64,000 nucleotides of DNA, taken from positions 5,551 through 69,550 of the IMG/VR virus record IMGVR_UViG_3300045996_003062. One strand, 5' to 3'. This DNA comes from a virus. Lineage: Duplodnaviria > Heunggongvirae > Uroviricota > Caudoviricetes. The notes under the pieces were generated by a model. That model made no database searches. It was given only the letters and a program-made list of their open reading frames with translations, and was not told where the DNA came from. Shown here one piece after another: positions 8,510 through 18,341 of this stretch. Numbering within the stretch: position 1 is the stretch's first letter; each line of letters begins with the position of its first letter. A program made the position numbers and the translations under genes.

Positions 8510-9996
8510 TGCCCAAGTTCACGGCTGTCTTCGAGGTCGGCGGACGCGGGCACCGCGTGTTCGTGGTGCGCCGACCGGGACGCTTCGGGCTCTGGCTTAA
8601 ATGGTTTGACGCCAGCCTGAAGGACGGGAAAGGGGACAACGCGTTCCAGCCGCTCGACCACGACGACGTGGCACGGGCGGAGGACGAAGCGCGTGACCTC
8701 GCGGCCACGCTGCTCAAGAGCGGGAACAGCGGGAGCCAGCGACGAACGCGCCGCCGGCAGAACGTGTCGGACGGCGGTGTGACGCTCGCCCGCCTCTTCG
8801 CGGAGTACGAGGCGCACAAGATCGCCGCGCCCTCGCCGGGAATGCCGGAGCGCAAGAGCCGCACGCAGGCGGCGATGGACAGGCGCCGGATGGCCTACTT
8901 CCAGGCCGCGTTCGGGAGCGACCGCGACGTCCTCTCGCTCGACGGCGACGCTCTGAGCGACTACGTAGCGTGGCGCCGCCAGCAGCCGGGGCTCTATACG
9001 GGCCGGATCTCCGACACCACGATCGGTCACGAGCTGTCGTTCCTGCGCTCGGTTACGCGATGGGCGGCCGGGAAGCGAATGCCGGACGGGAGGCCGCTCC
9101 TCGGCTACGATCCGCTCCCGGAGGGGCGACGGATGCGGTCCGCCGCGCCGAATGCCCCAGAGGCGGACGCAGAGTGGTTCCTGCGAGTCTACCGCATCTC
9201 GGATCGCGTGGACCCGTCCGGGCTCCTCCGCCCGCTGCTGCGTCTCGCAGAGGCCCACGGATGGCGGTTGTCGGCGTGGCTCACGCTCAGGATCGACGGA
9301 CTGGACTTCCGGCCGGGGCGCTTCAATCCGGACGGCCAGATCCGCAAGGCGGGGAAGTACGACAAGAAGGGCAAGGACGCGTGGACGCCGCTGACTCCCG
9401 CGTCGCGCCGGGCGGCCGAGTTGCTGATCCGGAGGAGCGGCGCGCAGCCCGGACAACCGCTGATGACGCCGCGCTCGGCGAAGGCGGTGAAGCCCATGAC
9501 AGAGCAGCGGGCGCTTGAGCTCCTTCACGCGGCGGAACTGTACGTGGGCCACCGGGAGAGGCTAGATTTCATCCGCCACTCGGCGCCGCTCGTCGGCGAC
9601 CGCATCGCCATCAGGCACGGTCGAAGCGAGCACCCGCTGCCGGTGTATCTGGACCGCTGCTGGTTCCTCATCGAGCGGAACCCGAGCTACGCGGCGACGC
9701 TGGTGGGACGGATCAACGAGACGCTGGGGACGTCCTGGCGAGCGACGGTAGAGCCGGAGAAGGGCCGTGGCTTCCACTCGCTCCGCCGCCTCTGGGGAAG
9801 CCGCCGCAAGCACCTGCCGCTCGTGGACGTGGCGGACGCGGGGCAGTGGCACCCGGGGACGCTGTACAACCACTACCAGCGCAGCGACCGCGAGACGACG
9901 CTGGCGGTGGTGAGGTTGGACACGAAGGGCGGCGGGCTGGAAAGCGGAACGAAACCCGGACCAAACCCCGGACCAAAGAAACAGCGAAAGAGGTAG
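8509..9996 (+). CDS. int: tyrosine integrase/site-specific recombinase
   Basis: 495 aa; C-terminal catalytic region FHSLRRLWGS...WHPGTLYNHYQRSD (R..H..R..Y pattern). Confidence 0.8.
   Translation: MPKFTAVFEVGGRGHRVFVVRRPGRFGLWLKWFDASLKDGKGDNAFQPLDHDDVARAEDEARDLAATLLKSGNSGSQRRTRRRQNVSDGGVTLARLFAEYEAHKIAAPSPGMPERKSRTQAAMDRRRMAYFQAAFGSDRDVLSLDGDALSDYVAWRRQQPGLYTGRISDTTIGHELSFLRSVTRWAAGKRMPDGRPLLGYDPLPEGRRMRSAAPNAPEADAEWFLRVYRISDRVDPSGLLRPLLRLAEAHGWRLSAWLTLRIDGLDFRPGRFNPDGQIRKAGKYDKKGKDAWTPLTPASRRAAELLIRRSGAQPGQPLMTPRSAKAVKPMTEQRALELLHAAELYVGHRERLDFIRHSAPLVGDRIAIRHGRSEHPLPVYLDRCWFLIERNPSYAATLVGRINETLGTSWRATVEPEKGRGFHSLRRLWGSRRKHLPLVDVADAGQWHPGTLYNHYQRSDRETTLAVVRLDTKGGGLESGTKPGPNPGPKKQRKR
9949..9985 (+). 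repeat. arm-type direct repeats (2x CCCGGACCAAA) at the int 3' end
   Basis: AAACCCGGACCAAACCCCGGACCAAAGAAA matches 10184-10219 across the tRNA-like core. Confidence 0.45.
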
Positions 9997-10030
9997 TCGG
10001 TAAGCGGCGAAGATGTTGGTGTGGTGCGAC

Positions 10031-10105
10031 TTGGTTAGGATTGCCCCCGGAGGATTCGAACCTCCACTAGAAGTTCCAAAGACCGTTTGGGGTAGTGCCT
10101 GCGGA
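10031..10105 (-). other. candidate attP core: tRNA 3'-half-like sequence (T-arm GGAGGTTCGAATCCTCC plus acceptor strand)
   Basis: reverse complement reads ...GGAGG-TTCGAAT-CCTCC-GGGGGCA-A; no 5' acceptor strand or anticodon arm found, so partial tRNA identity as in phage att sites. Confidence 0.4.
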
Positions 10106-10183
10106 GCGCGGAAGTAGTAAATGCGCGGCGTTCCGCCCGACCAAGTAGCATCCTGCCGACCGGCCTTCGGGTCGGAATCTTCG

Positions 10184-10219
10184 CCAAACCCGGACCAGAA
10201 CCCGGACCAAAGAGATGCC
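10184..10219 (+). repeat. arm-type direct repeats (second set)
   Basis: CAAACCCGGACCAGAACCCGGACCAAAGAGA. Confidence 0.45.
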
Positions 10220-10359
10220 GAACCGGCGTCTCGGTCCGCACCCTTGGCATCGGAGGCGGCGTGCGTCACGTCCCCACCCCATATGTGTCCCTCCCCCTAC
10301 CCTGCTGCCCCCATCGGGCGCGGGGCGGACGTCGTTCCCCATGCCTGCGAGGTGTGTGA

Positions 10360-10809
10360 GTGAGCACTCCACTGAAGGCGTACGTCGTCCGTCCGAAGTG
10401 GGACGACGAGGAGATGGCCGGCGGAGTCTACATCGCTCGAAGCCGGGGCGCCGCGGTCAGCGCCTACCTGCCGCTCCTCCGGGACGTGGTCTTCGACGCT
10501 CGCTTCACGGACATCCGCGCCGTTCGAGCGCCGGAGTACGACCGCGTGGACCCGCTCCGGAGCGGCGTCCGGCCGGAGTGCGCTGACCGGATGCTTGCCC
10601 AGAAGCGGGCGGTCGCCGCCTGGAATGCGGCCCACGCGCCGGGCGCCCCCGTGCGGGTCCGGATGGACAGCGGCGAGGTGCGTGAGACCGTCACGCGGTC
10701 TAGCGCCGCCCTCGTGTCGGAGCACGCCGTCGTGTGGCTGGAGGGAATCGTCGGGTGCTACGCCCTGTCGCATGTGACCCCGCTTCTGCCTGCGGAGGTG
10801 ACCGCGTGA
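10360..10809 (+). CDS. hypothetical protein
   Basis: GTG start; track ORF. Confidence 0.45.
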   Translation: MSTPLKAYVVRPKWDDEEMAGGVYIARSRGAAVSAYLPLLRDVVFDARFTDIRAVRAPEYDRVDPLRSGVRPECADRMLAQKRAVAAWNAAHAPGAPVRVRMDSGEVRETVTRSSAALVSEHAVVWLEGIVGCYALSHVTPLLPAEVTA

Positions 10810-10970
10810 GAACGTTCAGCGCGCTATCGGCGGGGTTCAACTTGGCGGTGCTCATCTGCTCGGTGGCGTACGGCTTGGGCGCGGGCTCAGTCGCTCTGCA
10901 CGCCGGCGGGCTTCTCTTCTGGCTCATGTACTGGGCCGATCTGGTCATCACGGCTCGACGCACCGGCTGA
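10806..10970 (+). CDS. small membrane protein
   Basis: GTG overlapping upstream stop; two hydrophobic helices. Confidence 0.3.
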   Translation: MRTFSALSAGFNLAVLICSVAYGLGAGSVALHAGGLLFWLMYWADLVITARRTG

Positions 10971-11010
10971 CGGCGCCCCCTACACCCTGAGATGAGAGGC
11001 TGGACCCCGT

Positions 11011-11370
11011 ATGAGTGAGACGAAGGAGACGGGCCAGGCGGAGACGCCGCTCACCCGTCACGACCCGGCGAACTACGCGAAGCTGCGGACGCCGATGCAG
11101 TCGCTCGACGAGATGAACGCGCTGGTGGCGAAGTTCGCGGTCAAGGTGCGCGAGGCCCGGCAGGCGTGCTTCCTCCCCGACGTCCTCGTGGCCGTTGCCG
11201 CCGACTACGTGGGCGAGGATGGCGAGGTGCGGATGGGGTGCACGCACGTGCACTTCGGGGACACGGGGCGTTCGGAGGAACTGGCCGCAATCGTCGTCGG
11301 GCGCGAACGCACCAGGCACCAGCAGTACATCAACGCGCTGCTGAACCGATCGACGGAGAGCGCCGCATGA
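11011..11370 (+). CDS. hypothetical protein
   Basis: track ORF. Confidence 0.45.
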   Translation: MSETKETGQAETPLTRHDPANYAKLRTPMQSLDEMNALVAKFAVKVREARQACFLPDVLVAVAADYVGEDGEVRMGCTHVHFGDTGRSEELAAIVVGRERTRHQQYINALLNRSTESAA

Positions 11371-11909
11371 CCACCTCCCCTACCCCGCCTGTGGGCGGAG
11401 ACGCCATCGACCTGCGCACGCGGCTGGAGGAACTGGTGTCCGACTTCGAGGGCCGTGAGATGGCGCTCCGGGGCCACGGCGACATCGCTGGCTCCGAAGC
11501 CCTGCTCGAAGTCGTGGACGAACTCCGCGCCCTCCTGGCCGCTCCTTCCGCTGACGCGGGGGCATTCGCCCCGGTGAAAGGATACGTCGTCCGCGAGGTG
11601 GATCTGACCGGCGAGGCGCACGCCGTCTCGGGGACGTTCACACTAAGTGAAGCGGGCTCCCGGCACCTCGCTGAACGCCGCTACGGAAAGCGCCGGACAG
11701 GCACGCTTGAGGACGCCGGTCTGGTGGCTTATGTCCGTGCCGTCCTGTCGCCGCTCGCCCTTGCTGCCGTGCTGCTGAGCGCGTGCAGCCCGGCGCCGGA
11801 CGCCTACGCCCTCCCCGCTGACTCCCTCGTCTCCCACCGTCCGGAGATGGTGGATACGACGTCCCACACCCCACGCTGCACGTCCTCTGGGGCGTGCATG
11901 GCCCCCTGA
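11367..11909 (+). CDS. hypothetical protein
   Basis: ATG at residue 68 of track ORF, ATGA overlap. Confidence 0.45.
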   Translation: MTTSPTPPVGGDAIDLRTRLEELVSDFEGREMALRGHGDIAGSEALLEVVDELRALLAAPSADAGAFAPVKGYVVREVDLTGEAHAVSGTFTLSEAGSRHLAERRYGKRRTGTLEDAGLVAYVRAVLSPLALAAVLLSACSPAPDAYALPADSLVSHRPEMVDTTSHTPRCTSSGACMAP

Positions 11910-11923
11910 AACCGGGAGAGACG

Positions 11924-12670
11924 ATGCGGACGCTTGTGCTGGGCGACGTCCACGGGGCCGCAAAGGCGCTGGACCAAGTGCTGGAGCGGAGCGGCTTCGA
12001 CCGCGCGACGGACCGGCTGATCGTGCTGGGGGACGTCGCCGACGGCGGACCACAGACGCGGGAGGTGATCGACACGATCCTCTCCATCCCGAACCGCGTC
12101 TGCCTGCTGGGCAACCACGACGCGTGGTTTCTGGAGTGGCTGGATGACGATACGGCCCTGCCCTCGGCCGCCTGGTACAACCAGGGCGGCAAGGCAACGC
12201 TGGAGAGCTACGCCGACCGCGACACGGGCGTCACGCGGAAGGCCAGCATCCCGCGCGAGCACGTCGCTTACCTGCGCGCCGGGAAGCTGTGGCACGAAGA
12301 GGAGGGCCGGATGTTCGTCCACGCCGGATGGCGCGGGCTACACGACCTGCACCCGATGTACGATCCCGAGGGCTGTCTCTGGGACCGGTCGCTGTGGACG
12401 GAGGCGTTTCGACGTGAGGCGATCGCGCAGGCGTGGGGCGAGACCGCCGCGCCGCTGACGCGATTCCGGGAGGTGTTCATCGGCCACACCACGACGACCC
12501 GACACGGCTTCACGGAGCCGGTCCAGCGATGCGAGGTGTGGAACCTGGACCAAGGGGCCGGCTGGGAAGGACGCCTCTCCCTGATGGACGTGGACACGAA
12601 GGAGTTCTGGCAGAGCGACGTGGTTTCCACCCTGTACCCTGAACACGCCGGAAGGCGGAGGGCTGCATGA
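11924..12670 (+). CDS. serine/threonine protein phosphatase (calcineurin-like metallophosphoesterase, lambda PPase type)
   Basis: motifs LVLGDVHG, LIVLGDVADGG, GNHD; RBS GGGAGAG. Confidence 0.75.
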   Translation: MRTLVLGDVHGAAKALDQVLERSGFDRATDRLIVLGDVADGGPQTREVIDTILSIPNRVCLLGNHDAWFLEWLDDDTALPSAAWYNQGGKATLESYADRDTGVTRKASIPREHVAYLRAGKLWHEEEGRMFVHAGWRGLHDLHPMYDPEGCLWDRSLWTEAFRREAIAQAWGETAAPLTRFREVFIGHTTTTRHGFTEPVQRCEVWNLDQGAGWEGRLSLMDVDTKEFWQSDVVSTLYPEHAGRRRAA

Positions 12671-13698
12671 ACGACACGAACGACACCGCGGCGCCCGCGC
12701 CGCAGCAGGACGAGGGGACGCTGACGCACGATGCCGTGCGCAGGGCGGCCGCGATGGCGATGGCGACCCTGACGGTGGAGGCGGAGGAGGTGCAGATGTA
12801 CGCGGACACCGACGTCGCGGAGCGCCACACTGAAGCGCTGGCGGTGATGCGCCGCCTCGCCCGCGGCGAGCGCCCCGCCGAGGCGCAGCCGGAGCCGTGG
12901 GGCTGGTGGGTGGAGCCGCGCCGCCGGCCGGTGTCTCCGTTTGTCGAGAGGGACGCGACCGCCGCGGGCCAGCACTCCGCGGACGGCATGCTCATCACGC
13001 CCCTCTACGCCGCCCCGCCCGTGCTGCCCGCCGGGGGAGGGCGGGAGGCTGAGGAGATCGTGGCGGCGCTGGCCGCCGGGTCGTGGCTGGCCCGCGACAG
13101 CTACGAGGAGCCCATCTGCCACTTCTGTGGGGTGTCGGCCTACTTCGCCGCGCCCGAGTCGTCGGAGCACACGGCGGACCACGCCGCGGTCTGCCTGTGG
13201 GTTCGCGCGCAGCGGCACGCCGCCCTCTCCGCCCCCGCGGAGCCGCGCCCGCAGGGGGAAACGCTCTCGCTCGTCAACCGCGAGCCCAGCGAGGAGGACT
13301 TCCTCGCGGCGCGTGACGACGGCCGGTGCCCGTGGTGCGGCACCAGCGATCCGGAGATCGCCGACCTGGGAGAATGCGCGGCGTGCGGGCGGTACATCCC
13401 CAGCACCGAGACGCTGGGCAAGGCGGAGGCATACGACTCCGTGATGGACGCGCTGAGGGTGGCGCTGGACGGGGACACCGACTACGGACAGGACCCGGCC
13501 GAGCTGGTGTGGCGGCTGCGCAACCAGCGAGACGAGGCGCAGGCCGTCCCCTCGCCGCGGTTCAGCGAGGAGGAGCGGGAGGCGCTGGGTGCGGTGCTGC
13601 GAAGGGCGAATGCATTCGGCTCGTCGCCGCAGCCTGTGTCCGAGGCGATGGCCGTGATCAGCCGCATGCTCTCCGTCGACGAAGGAGGTGCAGGATGA
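12667..13698 (+). CDS. hypothetical Cys-rich protein
   Basis: track ORF; CxxC pairs. Confidence 0.45.
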   Translation: MNDTNDTAAPAPQQDEGTLTHDAVRRAAAMAMATLTVEAEEVQMYADTDVAERHTEALAVMRRLARGERPAEAQPEPWGWWVEPRRRPVSPFVERDATAAGQHSADGMLITPLYAAPPVLPAGGGREAEEIVAALAAGSWLARDSYEEPICHFCGVSAYFAAPESSEHTADHAAVCLWVRAQRHAALSAPAEPRPQGETLSLVNREPSEEDFLAARDDGRCPWCGTSDPEIADLGECAACGRYIPSTETLGKAEAYDSVMDALRVALDGDTDYGQDPAELVWRLRNQRDEAQAVPSPRFSEEEREALGAVLRRANAFGSSPQPVSEAMAVISRMLSVDEGGAG

Positions 13699-14165
13699 GC
13701 GAGGCCAGGTCGCCGGAGCGGGGGGAGGAGGGAGAGACGTGCACGTGCCCCGACTGCCTGCCGTATGGCGTATGCGACACATGCGGGGAGGACGCGGATC
13801 GCTGCGACCCCGTGACCCCGGAGGAGCCGGAGATGCCGTGCGGTCTCTGCGGCCTGTCCATGTCGCGCAACCCGCATCCGGAGGCCGGAGCCCCCGCTGG
13901 GGTGAGCGAGGTCGGTCCCGTGTGGGCCTGCATCCCGTGCATCGTTGCCTCCCGGCGACGGGCGACGCGGGCTCGGTACGCCGCAGAAAGGCGGGTGGAG
14001 GAGCTGGAGGAGGAGCGCGGCCGGCTGCGGGAGACGCTGGTGCGGATCGCCGGTCCAGACCTGCACCGTGAGCGGCGGTGCGGCGACACGGACTGGTGCG
14101 GCTGCGAACGCCGAGAGGCAGCCGCCGCCCTTGCCCCGCTCCCCGCACCGACGGCTGCGGAGTAG
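13695..14165 (+). CDS. Cys-rich hypothetical protein
   Basis: RBS GAAGGAGG; multiple CxxC. Confidence 0.45.
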   Translation: MSEARSPERGEEGETCTCPDCLPYGVCDTCGEDADRCDPVTPEEPEMPCGLCGLSMSRNPHPEAGAPAGVSEVGPVWACIPCIVASRRRATRARYAAERRVEELEEERGRLRETLVRIAGPDLHRERRCGDTDWCGCERREAAAALAPLPAPTAAE

Positions 14166-14346
14166 GCACGTGGTCCCCGGCCCCTGCGCCTACTGCGGCG
14201 CTCCACTGAGGCGGGACAAGGGCGGCAGGCTCCGGCCGTGTACGGGGTGCGGGAGAACGGCGTAGGGAGCGGTGGACGGGCAGCGATGCATGACGCGACC
14301 GCTCAACGGAGTGGCGCGAATTCGAACACCCGGAGAGGCCGCACCG

Positions 14347-15375
14347 ATGGATGACGAAGCGCGCGACGGGAAGCCTATGGGCCGCGGGCACCTCGCGCTC
14401 TCCCGGAAGATGTTCGATGGGAATGATGCACTATGGGAGGGCGACGAGCCGTTCGATCGCCGGTCCGCCTGGATCGACCTGCTCCAGCTCGCGGCCATCA
14501 ACCCGAGGCGCCGGATTGTCGGCACGGCGGTCATTGTCTTGGACCGCGGGGAGGCGCTGGCCAGCGAGCGTTTTCTCGCCGCTCGCTGGCACTGGACGCG
14601 AGGCAAGGTTGAGCGGTTTCTGGCGCTCCTGGAAAAGCTCGGGAGAATCGCCCGAAAAACGAGCCACGGGTCAAGCCAGGTGCCGGGCATAGTAAGCATC
14701 GTCAACTACGACACTTACAACACACCACGCACCACCAGCCGAGCCAGCGACCGAGCCGCGGGCGAGCCAGGTACGAGCCAGGTACGAGCCAAAGAAGAAG
14801 AAAGGAAAGAAAGGAAAGAAGAAAAGAAGGTAGTTGGTCATCACGAAACGCGTGTGGACGAAGCGCAGGGAGAGGGGACGCCGGTGATCCGCCTGCCAAC
14901 GCCGGGCACCGCCGACCGCGACACCCAAGCGGACGAGATCATCCGCGCCGCCAACGCCGGCATGGCGAAGAATCCAGCGTTGGGCCCCAACGGGTACGCG
15001 CCGATCTACCCGGGGCACGCTTCAAGGCAGGTGGTGGTGGACTGGCTGAGCGACGGCATACCCACCGAGCTATGCCGCTCCGAGGTCTACCGGCAGGCGA
15101 ACGAGTTCAAGCCCAGCGGGAGGAACAAGCAGGTGAGTTCCATGGCGTACTTCGACGCGGCGGTGCGAGACGCGGACGAGCGCCGGAAAGCAACCTCAGC
15201 GGAGGTGCCGGAGGATGATGGACGACGAGACGACGGACGCAGGTTCGTTGCAACCGGCACGGACGGGGCTGGACCCCGCGGCCGAAGCGGCAGCGATGGA
15301 AAAGTTGCAGGCGCGATTCGCCCAGCGCGGCGCGGCGAAGCCGGCGGAACCCGGCCGCGAATTCCAATTGACTGA
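14347..15375 (+). CDS. replication initiator/replisome organizer (winged-helix N domain)
   Basis: RBS GGAGAGG; N-terminal DLLQLAAINPRR...RGE...RFLALLEKLGRI resembles phage O/DnaD-type organizer domain; 3' end overlaps the loader gene. Confidence 0.5.
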   Translation: MDDEARDGKPMGRGHLALSRKMFDGNDALWEGDEPFDRRSAWIDLLQLAAINPRRRIVGTAVIVLDRGEALASERFLAARWHWTRGKVERFLALLEKLGRIARKTSHGSSQVPGIVSIVNYDTYNTPRTTSRASDRAAGEPGTSQVRAKEEERKERKEEKKVVGHHETRVDEAQGEGTPVIRLPTPGTADRDTQADEIIRAANAGMAKNPALGPNGYAPIYPGHASRQVVVDWLSDGIPTELCRSEVYRQANEFKPSGRNKQVSSMAYFDAAVRDADERRKATSAEVPEDDGRRDDGRRFVATGTDGAGPRGRSGSDGKVAGAIRPARRGEAGGTRPRIPID

Positions 15376-16234
15376 GCGCGTTCCCAGCGGCACCGCCGCG
15401 GAGCACACGACGCACTGCCCCGAGTGCGACTCCGACTGGACCTACACGGTCATCTCCGTCAAGGGCCGGTGGGTTCCGGAACGCGTTGCTAAGCGCGAGT
15501 GCCAGCCGTGCACCGAGCGTGCCCGGGAGCAGCTTCGGCTCGCCGCCGAGGACGTGCTGCTGCGCGAGAAGCGGGAGCGGCAGGCAGAGGAGCGTGAGCA
15601 TCGGCTGACCCACGTCCTCGACATGCTCGCGGATGCCGGGGTGGTGACTCCGGACCTGGGGCACTGCACGTTCGACAACTGGGTTCCAGACGGTCCCACG
15701 GGACACCGCCCGCGGATGGCGGTCGTTGACCTGCTGGCTGCTGCGAAGGCTGCTGGACCCCACGACCCGGTGCGAAGCGTCTACCTCCTCGGTGACACCG
15801 GCCGCGGGAAGTCCCACCTCGCCGCTGCGGCACTCCGCGACTGCCTGCTGGACGCCGTTCTGCCGCGGGACTGGGTCGTCTACGACATCGCCCTGGAGTT
15901 GATCGGGGAGATTCAGGACTGCTACAGCAGCAACAAGAGCGTTCGTGCCGTGCTGGAGAAGCGGAAGAGGTGTGGGCTGTGGATCTTGGACGACTTCGGG
16001 AGCGAGGCGCCCAGCGCGGATGTCGTACGACGCATGACGGAGATATTCGTCGCGCGCGCCAAGCGGGCTACGCTCGTCACGAGCAACGTGGACCCCAACG
16101 ATCTGGAGTCCAAGAACCACGAGTACTTCCGCCTCTTCAGTCGGCTCGGCCCGTCGTACTTCCACGTCGTGAGCGTGTCCGGCCGAGACCGCCGGATGGA
16201 CAACCCGAACCCGCCCCTGCGAGGTGTAGCATGA
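15215..16234 (+). CDS. DnaC/IstB-like AAA+ helicase loader
   Basis: Walker A LLGDTGRGKSHL, Walker B WILDDFGSE. Confidence 0.75.
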   Translation: MMDDETTDAGSLQPARTGLDPAAEAAAMEKLQARFAQRGAAKPAEPGREFQLTERVPSGTAAEHTTHCPECDSDWTYTVISVKGRWVPERVAKRECQPCTERAREQLRLAAEDVLLREKRERQAEEREHRLTHVLDMLADAGVVTPDLGHCTFDNWVPDGPTGHRPRMAVVDLLAAAKAAGPHDPVRSVYLLGDTGRGKSHLAAAALRDCLLDAVLPRDWVVYDIALELIGEIQDCYSSNKSVRAVLEKRKRCGLWILDDFGSEAPSADVVRRMTEIFVARAKRATLVTSNVDPNDLESKNHEYFRLFSRLGPSYFHVVSVSGRDRRMDNPNPPLRGVA

Positions 16235-16419
16235 CGATCGAACGCGTGGCCTGCACCTGCGACGACGCGGGCGAGATGTGCGACCCGTGCCTCTCCGTCC
16301 TGCGGGACGAGGTGGACCCGCCGATCTCGCTCCTCAACGCCCGGTGGCTGGGACGCTGCCGCGAGCACGGCATCCGGACGCTGGCCGACGGGGACACGTC
16401 GATGCTGAAGGCAGCGTGA
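16231..16419 (+). CDS. small Cys-rich protein
   Basis: ATGA overlap. Confidence 0.35.
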   Translation: MTIERVACTCDDAGEMCDPCLSVLRDEVDPPISLLNARWLGRCREHGIRTLADGDTSMLKAA

Positions 16420-17369
16420 AGGCGCCCCCCGCCGACACGCGGACCACGATGTACGACCGCATCGTGGGGAACCAGTCGATCTTCCCCGACTGGGCGCCGA
16501 CTGGCACTGACGAGTTCGACGCCTACTTCGCGGACGTGAAGGAGACCGTTCTCTCCGCCGTAGTGATCGTCGCGGACAACGTGGTCGAGCACTACTTCGA
16601 GGGCACCGGGCAGGAGCACTGGGATCTCACGCGCGACTACCCGACGATCGCGCCGCCGTTCGAGCGGTTCTGGATAGAGGCGTACGCGCCTTCAAAGATC
16701 GTCAGCGACCAGAAGGGCGTGAGTCCGTTCCGCCTCTGCCGCGCATTCGGTATGGCGGTGAAGGCGGACCCGTGGGCGCCCCGCTCTCGGCACGACCCGC
16801 GGCGCTGGCTGATCCAAACAACGATGTACATCGAACAGCTCAATGGGTTGATCGTTGGGCCCTTCGCCTCGTCACACTTCGCGCTCGACGCGGCTGGAAA
16901 GGTGGTGGAGGCCGGTGATGCTACGTACCGCATCTTCACCCCCGTCTGCGAGGACGTGCCGGCGGAGAAGTGCGACTGGATTCGGCAGGTCATGACGAGC
17001 TTGGAGTTGCCGCTCTGGCTGGCCGTCTCGTTCATGCACTGCAAGAACGTGGAGGTGACTGAGGTGGTCCCACCGCGGCCGAAGCAGGCGGCGCGGCGCG
17101 CGAGACTTCGCCCTCGTGTCCGCTACCACACCATCGACATCGATCCGATGCGGAAGGTGCTGCGGACGGAGGGGAAGAGCGACGAGGTAGGCTTGCGGAA
17201 GGCGCTGCACATCTGCCGCGGTCACTTCGCGACCTACACGCCCGAGAAGCCGCTCTTCGGCCGCGTCGTCGGCACATTCTGGAAGCCGCTGCACGTCCGG
17301 GGAAGCATGAGCGAGGGGCGGGTGGAATCCGGCTACCGGGTCAAGCCGGACACGCGGGAGGGCAGTTGA
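16416..17369 (+). CDS. hypothetical protein
   Basis: GTGA overlap; 317 aa. Confidence 0.45.
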   Translation: MKAPPADTRTTMYDRIVGNQSIFPDWAPTGTDEFDAYFADVKETVLSAVVIVADNVVEHYFEGTGQEHWDLTRDYPTIAPPFERFWIEAYAPSKIVSDQKGVSPFRLCRAFGMAVKADPWAPRSRHDPRRWLIQTTMYIEQLNGLIVGPFASSHFALDAAGKVVEAGDATYRIFTPVCEDVPAEKCDWIRQVMTSLELPLWLAVSFMHCKNVEVTEVVPPRPKQAARRARLRPRVRYHTIDIDPMRKVLRTEGKSDEVGLRKALHICRGHFATYTPEKPLFGRVVGTFWKPLHVRGSMSEGRVESGYRVKPDTREGS

Positions 17370-18085
17370 GCCACGGTGCCATGAACCCACTGCACATGCG
17401 GCAGCTCGCCGCGATCCGCGACATGGAGCGGGTGGCCGCGCTCACCAAGGAGCCGCCCGGCGTGGCACCGTCCATGTCGGCGTACCAGCGGCTCGGCACT
17501 TTCTCGATCCGACGCGTCTGCAAGTGGGCGGGCGCCAGGAAGTGGAGCGAGGCGGTCCGGACGCTGGGATTCCAGCCGGCGCGCAACGGGTGGCGTGACC
17601 GTCCGACCGGAGCCCGCCGCCGGGCACTCATCGACGCGGTGCGGCAACTCGCGGTGGACCTGGGACATCCCGGCACCATGCCTAAGTTCGCCGACTTCTC
17701 GCGCCACGCGCCGTCTGGCTACACGTGGCGCGACCTGTGGATGCTGATGGAGGAGACGCCCCCGCCGCCCGATCCCGGCCACGGGTTCTGGCACCGCGCA
17801 GCCATCGTCGTCGGGCTCCGTCCTCGCCGGCTCACCCTGGTCCCGTACACGAAGGAGCGGGTGTTGGCGGACTACCGGAGGCTGGCGGCCGAGCGGAAGT
17901 GCAGGAAGGGCGGACCCGGGCCCACGCGGATGCAGTTCATGGTGGAGGTCGGGTACGGGCACAAGGTGCTTAAGCAGACGTGGGGCAGTTTCAATGGCTT
18001 GGTGGAGGCCGCCGGGTTCGTCCCGCGCCCGCCCAAGCGCCGCCCAGTGACGACGGAGGAGGTGGCGTATGCTCGCGCCGCCTGA
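17366..18085 (+). CDS. hypothetical protein
   Basis: track ORF. Confidence 0.45.
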   Translation: MSHGAMNPLHMRQLAAIRDMERVAALTKEPPGVAPSMSAYQRLGTFSIRRVCKWAGARKWSEAVRTLGFQPARNGWRDRPTGARRRALIDAVRQLAVDLGHPGTMPKFADFSRHAPSGYTWRDLWMLMEETPPPPDPGHGFWHRAAIVVGLRPRRLTLVPYTKERVLADYRRLAAERKCRKGGPGPTRMQFMVEVGYGHKVLKQTWGSFNGLVEAAGFVPRPPKRRPVTTEEVAYARAA

Positions 18086-18341
18086 GACGGAGTGGGAGTG
18101 CGCCGAGTGCCCGCCGGACGAGAACCGCTGGCCGGTCTCCTCCTTCCGGGACAGCGGCAACGCCTTCAAGCAGAAGAAGCGCTGCAACGACTGCTTCGCC
18201 AAGCGCTACGGCCGGCGCCGCACCACGGCGTGCGCAGGCGGATGCGGGAGGCGGGTCCAGACACGGAAGGAAGCGGGGATGTGCAGAGCGTGCCAGGGAT
18301 GGAAGTCGGCGGGTTCTCCTCTCCAGAGGGAGGCAGCGTGA
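18069..18341 (+). CDS. small zinc-finger protein
   Basis: CAEC...CNDC...CAGGC...CRAC. Confidence 0.4.
   Translation: MLAPPETEWECAECPPDENRWPVSSFRDSGNAFKQKKRCNDCFAKRYGRRRTTACAGGCGRRVQTRKEAGMCRACQGWKSAGSPLQREAA

Noticed and set aside
10031-10110. Complete minus-strand tRNA gene next to int
   Set aside because: The T-arm and 3' acceptor strand are clear. No complementary 5' acceptor strand or 7 nt anticodon loop could be placed. It is therefore treated as an att-core tRNA fragment, not a gene.
14347-15375. Frameshift or sequencing error at the initiator/loader junction
   Set aside because: The 160 bp overlap between the O-like gene and the DnaC-like gene is unusual. Both frames are open, the loader has a good ribosome-binding site, and there are no homopolymer runs, so it is reported as a genuine overlap with uncertainty.
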